Source of the DNA: Narcine bancroftii
Taxonomy: Eukaryota
Assembly (NCBI RefSeq): GCF_036971445.1
Contig: NC_091477.1
Location: forward strand, 123,008,001-123,072,000
DNA length: 64,000 nucleotides
Direction of reading: 5' to 3'
Part shown: positions 1 to 12,270 of the stretch, piece by piece
How the letters are laid out: each line of letters begins with the position of its first letter
How positions within the stretch are numbered: position 1 is the stretch's first letter
Notes under the pieces: model-generated
Databases searched by the model: none
What the model was told of the DNA's origin: nothing
What the model saw: the letters and a program-made list of their open reading frames with translations, nothing else
Translations under genes and position numbers: made by a program

Positions 1-121
1 TTCTGGATGACCAGGGTGGTTCGCTCCATGTACACGTCCACAGCGTACCACACTGAGCCAACTGTGCCCAGGACCCCTGTGGGTTCAACACAGGCATTAC
101 TCACACCACACACATCAAGGG

Positions 122-1110
122 CTGAATCGAAAGTTGGAGGTGTTGTGGATAGTATAGAAGGTTGTCGTAGGCTACAACAGGATATAGGCAGGATACAGAA
201 TTGGGTGGAAACGTGGCAGATGGAGTTCAATCCGGTTCAGTGTGAGGTGATGCATTTTGGAAGGTCAAACTTTAAGGTGAGTACAGGGTTAATGGCAGGA
301 CTCTTAACAGTGTGGAGGAACAGAGGGACCTTGGGGTCCAAATCCATACATTCCTCAAGGTCGCTGCGCAGGTTGATAGGATAGTTGAGAAGGGGGTTGA
401 GTTCAAGAGCCATGAGGTAATATTGCAGCTCTATAAAACTCTGGTGAGACCACACTTGGATTATTGCGTACAGTTCTGGTCACCTCGTTACAGGAAGGAT
501 GTGGAAGCTTTGGTCAGAGTGCAGAGGAGATTTACCAGGATGTTGCCTGGATTGGAGAAAGTGTTTTATGAGGCAAGGTTCACAGAGCTGGGGCTTTTCT
601 CTTTGACCCGAAGAAGGATGAGAGGTGACTTAATAGAGGACTACACGGTTATGAGAGGACAGCCAGCACCTGTTTCCCAGAGCAACAGTGCAAACAGCAG
701 AGCACATCGGTTTAAGGTGAGTGGAAAAAAATTGAAGGAAAACTCTAGGCCATGGGGTATTGGGGAGGCTGGGGCCTTCCTGGAGGCAGAGGGGGACCTG
801 GTGGAGGTTTATAAAATCAAGAGGGGCATCAAAATAGTCACATCTTTTTCCCCAGGTTGGGGAGTCTAAAACTAGAGGCCATAGGTTTAAGGTGAGAAGA
901 GAAAGGATTTAAAGAGGGCCTGAGGGGCACCTTCTTTTCACAGGCGTGTGGAACGAGATGCAAGAGGAAGTGGTCAAGTTGGGGGTAATTGTAATGTTGT
1001 AGACAGGTACATGGATAGGAAAGATTTCGAGGGATATGGGTTGGATTTAGGCTGGTGGGACAAGCTTTGATGGACAACTTGGTCAGCATGGATGAGGTGG
1101 GCCGAAAGTC
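122..1110 (+). mobile_element. CR1-clade LINE 3' fragments (RT C-terminus and 3' UTR), degenerate, probably two pieces
   Basis: Translations WQMEFNPVQCEVMHFGR, QRDLGVQIH, LYKTLVRPHLDYCVQFWSP, RRMRGDLIE are typical CR1 ORF2 C-terminal motifs; frameshifted. Confidence 0.9.
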
Positions 1111-2849
1111 CTATACTCGTGTTACAAAACACAATGACATCAAAGGTTCTGAATTAGGGGAAGGTCAACTTCAATCACACTATGGGAGGGGCAGTACTGA
1201 GGGTGGGGAGAATTGCCAAGGGTTGGGTTGTTACTATCAGAAAGCCCACTCCCAATCGAGGACTTTCGCTCAGGTTGACTGGGAGACGGAGATTATTGAT
1301 GGCTCCTGGGATTCGTGAGGCTGGAGGAGATTCGGGCTGTCCTGGAGGTGGACATCTTTCCCTGTGCTCGAGAAGGACAGCGCTGCTGTCCTCATTGCAC
1401 AGATATTCCTGTGGAAACTCCCTTCCCTGCACTGCTCTTCTGGTAGCCTGATTCATTGTGTGCTCTGCTGTTAGAAGGAAGGTGTTTCATATCAGCAGGT
1501 GTGATCATTGCTGACTGTGTAGGATTTATGTCACGGATTTATGCCCCTCAGACCTACGGAGCAGTTGTAGCTCCTGGAGGTGGGACTCCTGCAAAGGTGT
1601 CTCCCTTCAGATGAATGACTTTGGACAATGCCGTACAATGTAATATTCCTCTGTCCATCAGTCTAGAAGGCGGTTTAAAAGCTCTGTCTCTGATTCTGGT
1701 GGGAAGGAAGGTATCTTCGTGATAGATAAAAGTCACAGAAGACTTTGTTTTTCTTGCGATCCACTAAAGAGGTGTCCCTGGCCTTGAGTAAGGGTCTGTC
1801 AGTGGGAGGGCTCTTCATGCCGTTGGAGACAATGATGCCCCCCCCCCCCATGCAGATGGGGGTCAGGACTGCCATGTGTCCCCATATTCCTGAATCATCC
1901 ATTCTCCCTCACTAGTGATCTCTGGGAGAGGTGAAATCGGTATCACCTCGATGCTGCGAAAGCCCGTACCTGGCTACAAGTCACTGCATGGCTTTTAAAG
2001 GCTTGTTTTTTTTGCAGTTGGCTTGGGGTGTGGATGTTGAGAGGCAGTTCGAGGTGGACGTTGAAGGGAATAATTACTGCATATACTGGGCCACGTCTGA
2101 GGTGTGGGGAATATAAGGGGTGGATGTCCCTTCTGTTGTGGGGGTGACAGGCACTGGGAAAGGGTGAAGGGTGGACAGTGGGGAGGGGTGGATTCCTGCT
2201 AAGGGGAGGAAGATGAAACACCGCCAGGCCCCTCCTCTGGAGCTGGCAGTTTCCTCCAGGCACGACTCAGATGACCTGATAGTCTCTGGGAGTTAACAGG
2301 AGCCTGAGAGAGTTAACAGGATCCTGAGAGAGTTGGGGAGAGTGATGCGGAGCCAGAAGCTGAGGTTTCCTCAAAGATGGAAGTGTCCCAGCTTCAGGAA
2401 GTAGGTGGAAAAAAAGCGTAGGGGACGTGTCTGCAGAAGAGGGAAAGGGAGCTGGTAAAGGCCGCAAGTATGGAGTGTGGCTTCCTGGAACTGGAGGGTG
2501 GCCCTGATTCATTAGGGTCACTTGAGAGTGGTGAACTGCCCTCCATCAGGGTGCACTTCCTGAACAAACATCTCCAGAGTCGGAGGGGGATTCTTCTGAG
2601 CGGGAGGGCAGGGACATACCCTCTGGTGGAGCTACCCACCCAGAGAGAGGGTCTCCCAGTGAGGTGGCTAGGCCCAGAAACTAGGGGTTACCTGAGGGAG
2701 GAGGGTCACCCATTGGGGTGGTATCCCAGATGGTGGCCTGCATCAAGACAAGGGGTACTGTGGAGGGACAGCTGGTCCCTGGATCACCCGTCGCTCAGTT
2801 CATAGGTCAGCAGCCCATTCTGTGAAGAAGGGTGACCAGGATGAGGAGG

Positions 2850-4970
2850 TGGGCATGACTTATACAATGTGTTCCCTTCGTTCGGGCTCCAGGAGGGTCT
2901 GAGAGCCTCCTGTCCTGGGAAATGGTGGGCACAAGCCATGCCACGCCTTGGGTCAAGGGGTGTCAGGGTCTCTCTCGGTCGCTGCCAGGTGGACGGGGGC
3001 GGGTATGGCGGGCGGTTGGGGTGCCTGCCCGGATGAGGACAAGGATGTGGGATTTGATGAGGAGGACTCCTTTGATGCAGAGCTGGCAGACTTCTTTGTC
3101 CCCAGTTCTGGGTTCATGGCCGTCACTGTGGGGGAGGTGAGGGAGTTCCTGGAGGACACCTGGGGGAGTGGCTGCCGCCTGCTGGTTGGATTTCCCTGGG
3201 GTAGCTCAGTCCTTGCATAACATCCTTAGAAAGACAGGGAAGGAGTGGGGATTAACCAGAAATGAGTGGAGCAAATTCAAGGAGCTCCTGCAGGCCTTGC
3301 TGCTGGCAGAGTTATGGTGGAGGGAGGCTCTGCAAAGAGCTCGACTCCCTCCACCCAGGGCTTTGGTGACGGAGTCTCCAGTGACTTGTTGTGAAGTTTA
3401 CCGTCGTCAGTCTGAATGTCAGTGGCGGAGGAGGGTCTCTCCGTCAGTTCCACCATTTCTCGCTCCTTATGCGGTGAGTTTCCTGCACCATTCCAGGAGA
3501 CTAATGCAGCTGGAATCCAGCTCCACGTCGAGCGGGTGGCTGCCTTGTTGGCCCCGATCTTCCAGGCCATTTGCTCCATCTGGCCAGGATGGCAGATTGT
3601 TGCACCATGTCAATGTTTATGCCCTGGAGCCCAGCCCGACGCAGACGCGCCTGTTCCACGATGTGTCTGCGGTGCTGGTTTCTATGAACCAGGGCAAGTG
3701 GATCATCCTTGGGGGGTTTAACTGCACCCTCGGGGACAGGGATTGTTCCGGCTCCTGGTTTTGCCTCAGTGAGGCTGCTGAAAAAGCTGGTGGGTTGAGG
3801 TTTCCCCCGGCCGCCTGTTCACCGACCCCCGGCCGCCTGTTCACCGACCCCCGGCCGCCTGTTCACCGATCCCCGGCCGCCTGTTCACCGACCCCCGGCC
3901 GCCTGTTCACCGACCCCCGGCCGCCTGTTCACCGCCCGGCCGCCTGTTTACCGACACCCCGGCCGTCTGTTCACCGACCCCCGGCCGCCTGTTCACCGAC
4001 CCCCGGCCGCCTGTTCACCGACCCCCGGTCGCCTGTTCACCGACCCCCGGCCGCCTGTTCACCGACCCCCGGCCGCCTGTTCACTGACCCCCGGCCGCCT
4101 GTTCACCGCCCGGCCGCCTGTTTACCGACACCCCGGCCGCCTGTTCACCGACCCCCGGCCGCCTGTTCACCGACCCCCGGCCGCCTGTTCACCGACCCCC
4201 GGCCGCCTGTTCACCGACCCCCGGCCGCCTGTTCACCGACCCCCGGCCGCCTGTTCACCGACCCCCGGCCGCCTGTTCACCGACACCCCGGCCGCCTGTT
4301 CACCGACCCCCGGCCGCCTGTTCACCAACACCCCGGCCGCCTGTTCACCAACACCCCGGCCGCCTGTTCACCGACCCCCGGCCGCCTGTTCACCGACCCC
4401 CGGCCGCCTGTTCACCGACACCCCGGCCGCCTGTTCACCGACCCCTGGCCGCCTGTCAATTCTGTGGATGGGAGCAGATGGTGTAGCAGGTCTCTGTAGA
4501 GTATGTGAAGTTGTAGCCCCTCTTCACTTACCTGAAGGGACTGTCCTCGAATTCTTGTTGCACTTCAGCCCCATGCACCTGATCCACGGCCACCCGATGT
4601 GGAAGGGGTCCTGGTGTTCAGTGGATCTCCTTGTGGGGTTACTGTTGGGGTTGGTGAAACTGGCCATTCATGGATTGAGTAGGCAGGTGGTCAAGAGGGT
4701 GGGGTGGTCTGACCGCCTGCCTGCCATTTGGGGTTTCGACCAGGCCCATGAGGTGTTGAAACAGGAACCTGCGTGTCCTAGGGGATGGAGGCCAAATTCT
4801 GAAAACATTTGGGCCTCTGGGGATTGCCTGTGAGGTTGATGGTGAGAGGCATTGGTTCTCACGGTGGTTTGCCACATGGTGGATTTTAGTTGTAGCTCTG
4901 TGTGTGTTTTTGTGTCTTGTAATGTTGTAGTTGTAGTTTTAAATGAAGTTTGTATATTATATAAACGAGG
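2850..4970 (+). mobile_element. Tx1-like non-LTR retrotransposon remnant (ORF1 end, ORF2 endonuclease, ORF2 C-terminus; RT absent)
   Basis: APE-like motifs FQETN, GRLLHHVNVYA, WIILGGFNCTL near 3490-3740; C-terminal segment FLLHFSPMHLIHGHP...DLLVGLLLGLVKLAIH at about 4550-4680 resembles Tx1 ORF2 ends. Boundaries approximate. Confidence 0.65.
3803..4457. repeat. Minisatellite, 22-bp unit CCCCCGGCCGCCTGTTCACCGA, about 30 copies
   Basis: Directly visible tandem array with minor variants; CpG-rich. Confidence 0.97.
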
Positions 4971-5133
4971 GGCTGAATTGGGGGATCTTCCTGTGCCTGC
5001 ATGTAGCCACAGTGACCATCATTCAGGTGATAGACTGAAGGATTTGGCCATGAACTGGCTCTCTGCCAAATGAGCAATGAACCCAGCCCAGCATCACTGT
5101 CACTGATTGGCCCAGTGGTGTGATGCCTCCCAC

Positions 5134-5298
5134 CTCCAATCAGCTGCATGATCCCAGCCACCAAACAGATCTTGGCCTTTAAGGCCACCTCTTCGTCGAG
5201 GAGTTTAACACAATCCAGGCCCAGAACCAGGAGGATAAAGGAGAAGCAGGCCAGGATGTCTGCAACGATCATCAAGGAGCGGGTCACCACCAGCTTCA
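5134..5298 (-). CDS. CLDN16: Claudin-16 coding exon 3 (165 nt)
   Basis: Encodes (L)[54 protein letters not shown]; acceptor ccccacAG, donor GTggga; phase matches exon 2. Confidence 0.95.
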
Positions 5299-5796
5299 CT
5301 GTGGGGACAAGGAGAGGCATCAGTAAGGGAGGGAATGGCTGGTCTGACCTGGCCCTGTGTATAGAGCTGCCTGTGCTTCACCCAGTGGGGTAGTTCATTC
5401 CCATCACTGCCCAGGCCAGTGTTCAGCTCCACCCAGGCCATGGGATGTTTGAACCCTTCCATAATCTGTCCACTACACGACGCTCTTGTCCACGCAAGGA
5501 TCCAAGCACACTGAACCCTCCCATCATCTCTAACCCCAGAACCCCAATCATGTCAAGTTTATTGTATCGAAAGGATGGGCAGGTAAGCAGAGGGGTGGCG
5601 TGGTCCTGTTGATAAGGAACAACGTTAAATCATTAGAAAGAGGTGACATAGGATCTGAAGATGTGGAATCACTGTGGGTCACATTAAGAAATGGCGAGGG
5701 TAAAAAGACCCTGTTGACAGTTATATTCAGACCTCCAAACGGTAGCTGGAATGTGGACAACAAATTACAACAGCAGCAAATGTTATGTAGTCATGT

Positions 5797-6606
5797 AGGT
5801 TTGCAGATGACACTAAGATTGGAGGGGTAGTGGACAGCGTGGAAGGTTTTCAAATCTTGCAGAGGGATCTGGACCAGCTGGAAAATTGGATTGGAAAATG
5901 ACCGATGGAATTTAATACAGACAAGTGTGAGGTGTTGCATTTTGGAAGGAAAAACCAAGAAAGGACGTACACGGTAAATGGTCGGGCACTGAGGAGTGGG
6001 ATAGAACAGAGGGATTTGGGAATACAGATACATAATTCCCTGAAAGTGACATCACAGGTGGACAGGATTGTAAAGGGAGCTTTTGGCATCTTGGCCTTCA
6101 TAAATCAAAGTATTGAGTACAGGAGTTGGGATGTTATGTTAAAGTTGTATAAGACATTGGTGAGGCCAAATTTGGAGTATTGTGTGCAGTTTTGGTCACC
6201 AAACTACAGGAAAGAAATCAATAAGATAGAAAGAGGGCAGAGAAGATTTACTTGGATGTTGTCTGGACTTCAGGAACTGAGTTACAAGGAAAGGTTCAAC
6301 AGGTTAGGACTTTATTCCCTGGAGCTTTGAAGAATGAGGGGAAATTATGAGGGGGAGAGGTAGAATAAATGTAGGTCGGCTTTTTCCACTGAGGGTGGGT
6401 GAGATACAAACCAGAGGACATGGGTTAAGGGAGAAAGGGGAAAAGTTTAGGGGGAACATGAGGGGGAACTTCTTCACACAGAGAGTGGTGGGGTGTGGAA
6501 TGAGCTGCCAGCTGAGGTGGTGAATGTGGGCACAGTTTAAGATGAATTTGGACAGGTACATGGATGGGAGGGGTATGGAGGGGTATGGGCCGGGTGCAGG
6601 TCAGTG
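5797..6606 (+). mobile_element. Better-preserved CR1 3' fragment nested in the older CR1
   Basis: FADDTKIGG-like start, ORF 5905-6330 MEFNTDKCEVLHFGRKN...LVRPNLEYCVQFWSPNY, 3' UTR; interrupts the EN region of the host copy. Confidence 0.85.
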
Positions 6607-7259
6607 AGATTCTGCACAAATGAGTTTGACACAACCAAGAAATGCTAAAGTGCTTGTTTCTGGTCTGCAATGTCCTATGGGGGATTTTAACATGCAAGTC
6701 GATTGAGAAAACCAGGTTGGGACTGGATCTCAAGAGAGAGAATTTGTGCAAAGCCGATGTGATGGTTTTTAGAGCAACTTGTTGATGAGCCCATGAGGGG
6801 ATCGGCTGTACTGGACTGGGTGTTGTATAATGAACCCGAGGTGATGAGAGAGCTGAGAGTAAAGGAACCATTAGGGGGGCAGTGATCACAATATGACTGA
6901 GATGAATTCGAGATTTAACAAGGAGAAAATAGTCAGATGTGTCGGTTCTTCAGTGGAGTAAAGGGAATGACAGCATGAAAGAGGAACTGGCCAAAGGGGG
7001 CATTAGCAGGGAAGACGGCAGAGCAGCAACGGATGGAGTTTCTGCAAGAAATGGGGAAGGAGCAGGATGAATATAGACCAAAACAGAGGAAATATTAGAA
7101 TGGAAAAATGTCACAACTGTAGCTGATGAGGGAAGTCAAAGCCAACGTGAAAGCAAAAGAGAGGGCAGACAAGGAAGCAGAAATTACTGGGACGATTGAG
7201 GACTGGGAAGTTTTTAAAACTTGCAGAAGGAAATGCTGCACGGTTAGAACCCCGATTTG

Positions 7260-7495
7260 TGCAACACCGTTACAGTGTCAGCAACTGGGTCTGGGGTTCA
7301 AATCCCGCGCTGTCTGTAAGGAGTTTGTATGTTCTCCCTGTGTCTGCATGGGATTTCTCCAGGGTCTCCACTTTCCTCCCACTCTTTAAACATATGGGGG
7401 TTGTAGGTCAATTGGGTGAGATTGGGCAGCACGGGTTGGTGGGCTGAAAGGCCTGTTACTGTGCTGTGTCTCAATTCAAAATAAATAAAAATGTA
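7260..7495 (+). mobile_element. tRNA-derived SINE (HE1/V-SINE-like)
   Basis: B-box-like GGTTCAAATCC, core GGAGTTTGTATGTTCTCCCTGTGTCTGCATGGG, A-rich tail; related copies near 21790, 45640 (minus), 52185 and 53600. Confidence 0.75.
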
Positions 7496-8414
7496 AAAAA
7501 TTTTGAAAACTCATTAGGAGGGAAATGATGGTCTGAAAGTAGACTAGCAAATAATATCAACGAGGATCCAAAACACTTCTGCAAGTTTATTAAGAGTTGA
7601 AGGGAGGTGAGAGAAGATATAGGGCAACTAGAAAATGAAGCTAGAGAAATAATAACGGGAGATGAGGAGACGGCGGAGGAACGGATTGAGTATTTTGCAT
7701 CAGCGTCACTGTGGAGGGTGCAGCATCGTGCCAGAGGTGGAAGGGAGTCAGGGAAGGGAAGTGAGTGCAGTGACTATTTCAAGGGAGAAGGTTCTCAGAA
7801 AGATGAATAAGGGTGGGTAAGTTTCCTGGACCAGATGGATCGCACCCTCGGGTACTGACCGAGGTAGTGGTAGAGATTGTGGATTCATTGGTAATGATCT
7901 TCCAGGAATCAATAGATTCTGGTGTGGTCCCGTAGGACAAGGAAATCACAAAATTCACATCCATATTCATGAAGGAAGGGAAGCAACAGAAAGGAAATTA
8001 TGGACCAGTTAGCCTGGAATCAGTGGTTGGGATGATGTTGGAGCTGATTGTAAAGATTGAGGTTATGGAGAACTTGGAAATACATGACAGGATCGGCTAA
8101 AGACATCATGGTTTACTGAAGGGAAAATCTTGCTTGACAAACCTATTGGAATTCTTTGAGGATGTGACCAGGCGGCTGCATAAGTGAGATGCAGTGGGTG
8201 TTGGGTATTTGGATTTTCAGAAGGCCTTTGACAAGGTGCTGCACATGAACAAGGTAAGAGCCCGTGGTAGAACAGGAAACATACTAGCATGGGGAAAGCA
8301 TTGGTTGATTGGAGGAAGCAGAGAGTTGGAATATAGGGATCATATTCTGATTGGCTGCCAGTTGCTTGTGGTATCCACAGGGGTCGGAGTCGGGACCACT
8401 TCTTTGTATGTTGT

Positions 8415-9005
8415 TCGGCATGCTGGCCATTTTAAAGTGGCCCATAAAACATAGTCTCTAACAATAAATTGGACTGCATGTACATTGCAATTTTCAGTTT
8501 CAACGCTAGATGCTGCTGCTATTTTGAAAAATTACTAGACCAATTGTTGCAATGTTTCTTCATGTTGAAAACGTTTATCTGTTTAAAAAAAAGTTTACCC
8601 CAGTTGATTAAACCTGGTGAAACCGAAAAGATGTAAAATAACAAAGGAGTGCAGAAATCTTCAGACAGGGTGGAGAAATGAATTCTTTTTTACAAAAGTC
8701 AAGGGGAAGTGCATTTTTTTTGGAATTGCAAGGAATCTGTTAACTTTAACAACCTCTCAACAGATTTACACATTGTATCATAATCATTGAGATGGACTTG
8801 GGTCATGAAACGTGTTCACTGAGAGTCGTGGAAGAATGTTGGAGACGGCCTGGTCCCTTTTTTCATCTTTTGTCCTGTTCTTATTTTGCACCCAGGTTTT
8901 TAGTTTACACTGTTTTTTGAATGAGAGTTTTAAAAATATTGTCTGGCCCGTGACTCTTTATATTTTTGAAAATGACCTACAACCAAAAAAGCTTGGCCAT
9001 CCCTG
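8415..9005. mobile_element. AT-rich DNA transposon remnant with hAT-like terminus
   Basis: Insert in the CR1 ends in AAAAAAGCTTGGCCATCCCTG (reverse complement CAGGGATGGCCAAGC), resembling hAT/Charlie termini; the other end was not recognised. Confidence 0.5.
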
Positions 9006-10498
9006 ATTTAGATGATGGAATGAATGGGTTTGTGGCTGAATTTGAGGATGATATGAAGGTCAGTGGAGGAGCAGGGAGTGTGGAGGAATCATGGAGGCTG
9101 TAGAAGGACTTGGTTAAGTTAGGAGAATGGGCAGAAAAGTGGGAAATGGAATACAATGTCGGAAAAGTGGACAGTCATGCAGTTTGATAGAAAAATAAAT
9201 GGGAAAACTATTTTCTTAATGGGGAGGAAATTGAAAATCCCCAGATGCAAAAGGATCTGGGAGTCCTTGTGCAGTTCGACCTGAAGGTAAAAGTGCAGGT
9301 TGAGTTGGTGATGAAGAAGGCAAATGCGATGCTGGCGTTTATTTCAAGGGGAATAGACCAGGGATGGGATGTTGAGGCTTTATCAGGCACTGGTGAGGCC
9401 TCACCTGGTGTATTGTGAGCAATTTTGGGCTCCTCATTTAAGAAAGGCAGTGCTGATGTGAGAAGGTTCCGAGGCGGTTCACAGGGATGATTCTGGGAAT
9501 GAAAGGGTTATCATATGAGGAGCGTTTGACAGTTCTTGGCCTGGACTCGTTGGAATTTAGGAGATCGCACTGAAACATTTTGAATGTTGAAAGGTGTGAA
9601 CAGAGTAGATGTAGAAAGGTTGTTTCCCATGGTGGGAGAGTCTTGGACAAGAGGGCACAACCTCAGGATTGAAAGGAGATGTGGAGGAATTTGGTGAATC
9701 TGTGGAATTTGTTGTAACGGGTGGATGTGGGGATGTGGTGGCCGGGTCGTTAGGTGTATTTAAAGCAGAGAGTGATAGGTTCTTGATTAGCTAGGGCATC
9801 AAAGGTTATGGGGAGAAGGCTGGGCAGTGGGGCTGAGCGGGAAAATGGATCAGCTCATGATTAAATGGTGGGGCAGAATTGATGGGCTGAATGGCCTATT
9901 TTTGCTCCTACGTCTTATGGTCTATTGGTGCATGTACCATAACAATTGTTGTTCTGTGTGGAGACCAGTCGATATCTCATATATAGTTCAAGGAAGACAC
10001 AGAGCAGAAAGGCAAGGTCCAAGGTCTGAACACAGGAGGCTGAGGAGCACATCTGTGGAGGACAGGCCCAGTTCGAGGTGGAGGAGAGTCCCAACACCAC
10101 AGTTGACTATCCCCTCAGTCTGTGGGGTTCGAGACCATCAGAGAAACCCTATCCTCATCCCTAGGGTCCAAGCCACTCAGCGAAGCCCCCCCCCCACACT
10201 TCCACAGGGTCCACAACCCTTAGTGGAACCTCTTTGAGGTCCCTCAGTGAAGCCCCCCATGTTAATGGGATCTATCCTATCATGAAGACCCCAATCCCCA
10301 GGGTCAGAGACCCTCAGTGACCTCCCCTCTCCACAGGATCATGTGTGAGGGTGTCTGCACCCTTGGGCAGAGGTCGAGGCCCACACCTTGAGCCAGGAGG
10401 CAGGGGGTTGAAGGGAGGGGCTGGTGAACAGCTAGCCCTCCCCCCAGGAAGAACCCTGGGCTTCTGGGACCATTGATAGACTCCTAGTTAGTACTCAC

Positions 10499-10601
10499 AG
10501 GGAAGCTCAGACAGAATGGAGTCATAGTCATCACAGGTTCGGATCCCGTCCACAGTGCTGGTCACACATTCCCACCACAGACCCCGGCACTTCTCACTCA
10601 C
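10499..10601 (-). CDS. CLDN16: Claudin-16 coding exon 2 (103 nt, extracellular loop 1)
   Basis: [34 protein letters not shown] with the claudin GLW-C-C signature; acceptor tctctccAG, donor GTgagt. Confidence 0.97.
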
Positions 10602-10639
10602 CTGGAGAGATACAAGGGCAGGTGGGATGTGGCCAGAGA

Positions 10640-10955
10640 ACCCCAATTCTGACCCTGACCTTGACCCTGACCCTTCCCCTAACCTTAACACCAGCCCCAA
10701 CCCTGATCTTGACCACTCCCACTCTCACCCCTTACCTTCAACCCTCATCCCCATCCTCACCCCCACCCTACCCCTACCCCTTCCATTTGACCCTGGCCCT
10801 AACCCTCACTCCCTAACCCTCATCCTCACCCTCAACCTGCCCCTGACCCTGGCTGACTCTTACCTAACCGTAATGCCGAACCCTGACCCTAAGCCTATCT
10901 CTATCTCTACACCTAATGCTCACTCCCTTCCTGATCCTGACCCTACCCCTAACTC
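10640..10955. repeat. Degenerate hexamer repeat (CCCTRA-like)
   Basis: Runs of accctg/accctc/ccctaa next to the CLDN16 exon-2 acceptor. Confidence 0.75.
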
Positions 10956-11329
10956 AGTCACCTCCACAAGGCCCTACCAGCAGAGATCGGGTGGTACAGA
11001 GCGGGGAAAGGAGTTTCGATGAAGGGTCTTGACCATTTCCCTCCACAGAAGCTGCCGGGCCTGTTGCTCCCTGGGGAGTTGAGTCTTCATCACGGGTTGG
11101 GGGGAGGTGAAACAGGGTGCCCCCTGAGCTTGGTTGAACCCATGGGAAGGTTGGAGAGAGTGAGGCGGAAAAAGGGGCCCTCGTGCTCTGACCACACAAA
11201 CATCCATGTGTTTGGTGCCTCCAGTCGAGGAGCTGAGATCCCAGTAGTGGAATGGATGAGGTGAAAGGGGCCAAGGTTGGTGCAGACGGAACCAGGAATT
11301 CCCAGGTAACATGTACTGCATGGAAGGTT

Positions 11330-12270
11330 TGTCAGGAAGGTTCAGTCGCTCGGTATTTGTGATGAAGTAGTGAACTGGATTCGACATTGTCTGTACAGAA
11401 GAAGCCAGAGAGTAGTGGTGGATGATGCCTCTGAGGCTTGAGGCCTGTGACTAGTGGTGTGCCTCAGGGATCAGTGCTGGGACCATTGTTGTTTGTCATC
11501 TATATCAATGATCTGGAGGATAATGTGGTAAATTGCAAGTTTGCAGATGACATGCTGCAGATAGAGATAAAAGCGATCTGAGAAATCTGAATCCGTACAC
11601 TGACAGCTCCACTTCCAGCTCCACTGAACTTGCTCTGACATCATTAACCATCCCCCTTTCGGGCCGCTTTCAGTGGAAATCCTTTTACATAGGAGGTGGA
11701 GCGACTTCGCTCCACTTCTGATACTACCACCCTTGGTGGAGGAAGCCCAGATCGGAACGGACCCACCAATCCACCTTTTCTACGTTTACACTAACCCTAA
11801 CCTTACACAGGTAGGTGGAGTGAATAAAAGCCAGGGGAAAGCTGTCTTGAAGGTTCTATGTAAAAGGGGCTTAAGATTGGAGGGGTTCTGGACAGCGAGG
11901 AAGGTTTTCAAAGCTTGTAGTGGGATCTGGACCAGCTGGAAAAATGGGCTGAGAAACTGCAGATGGGATTTAATGCAGAAGAGTGTGTTTCATTTTGGAA
12001 GGACAGAACTGGAGGACATGGGGTAAAGGTGAGGGGTGAGATGTTTAGGGGGAACATTTGGTGGAACTTCTTCACTCAGAGGTGGTGAGAGGGTGGAACG
12101 AGCTGCTAGAAGAGGGGTGGATATGGGTTCAATTTTGACATTTAAGAGATAGGTACATTGATGTGAGGGGCATGAAAGGCTCTGATCTGGATGGGATGAG
12201 GCAAAATAATAGTTTGGCACAGACTAGAAGGGTTGAAGGGCCTCTGCCTGCACTGCAGTGTTCCATAGTT
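11330..12270 (+). mobile_element. CR1 LINE RT and 3' fragment with internal deletion and nested insert
   Basis: [21 protein letters not shown] and KFADD motifs at about 11450-11550; CR1 resumes at 11871. Confidence 0.85.
11553..11870. mobile_element. Putative non-autonomous PIF/Harbinger-like insert
   Basis: Interrupts CR1 between GATGACA and TAAGATTGG; ends in CTATGTAAAAGGGGC followed by TTA, consistent with a Harbinger-type terminus and TWA target. Confidence 0.4.

Larger units (their letters stand above)
5550..9915 (+). mobile_element. Long degenerate CR1 LINE ORF2 (endonuclease through RT and 3' UTR) interrupted by nested insertions
   Basis: EN motifs ESLWVTLRN and IFRPPN (about 5600-5740), RT-region YLDFQKAFDKV (about 8200), C-terminal motifs at 9000-9800; many stops and frameshifts. 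Confidence 0.85.

Noticed and set aside
3168-4499. 443-aa ORF as a novel protein
   Set aside because: Chimera of Tx1-like remnants and the 22-bp array.
10640-10955. Interstitial telomere
   Set aside because: Only scattered exact CCCTAA hexamers; better described as a degenerate hexamer repeat.
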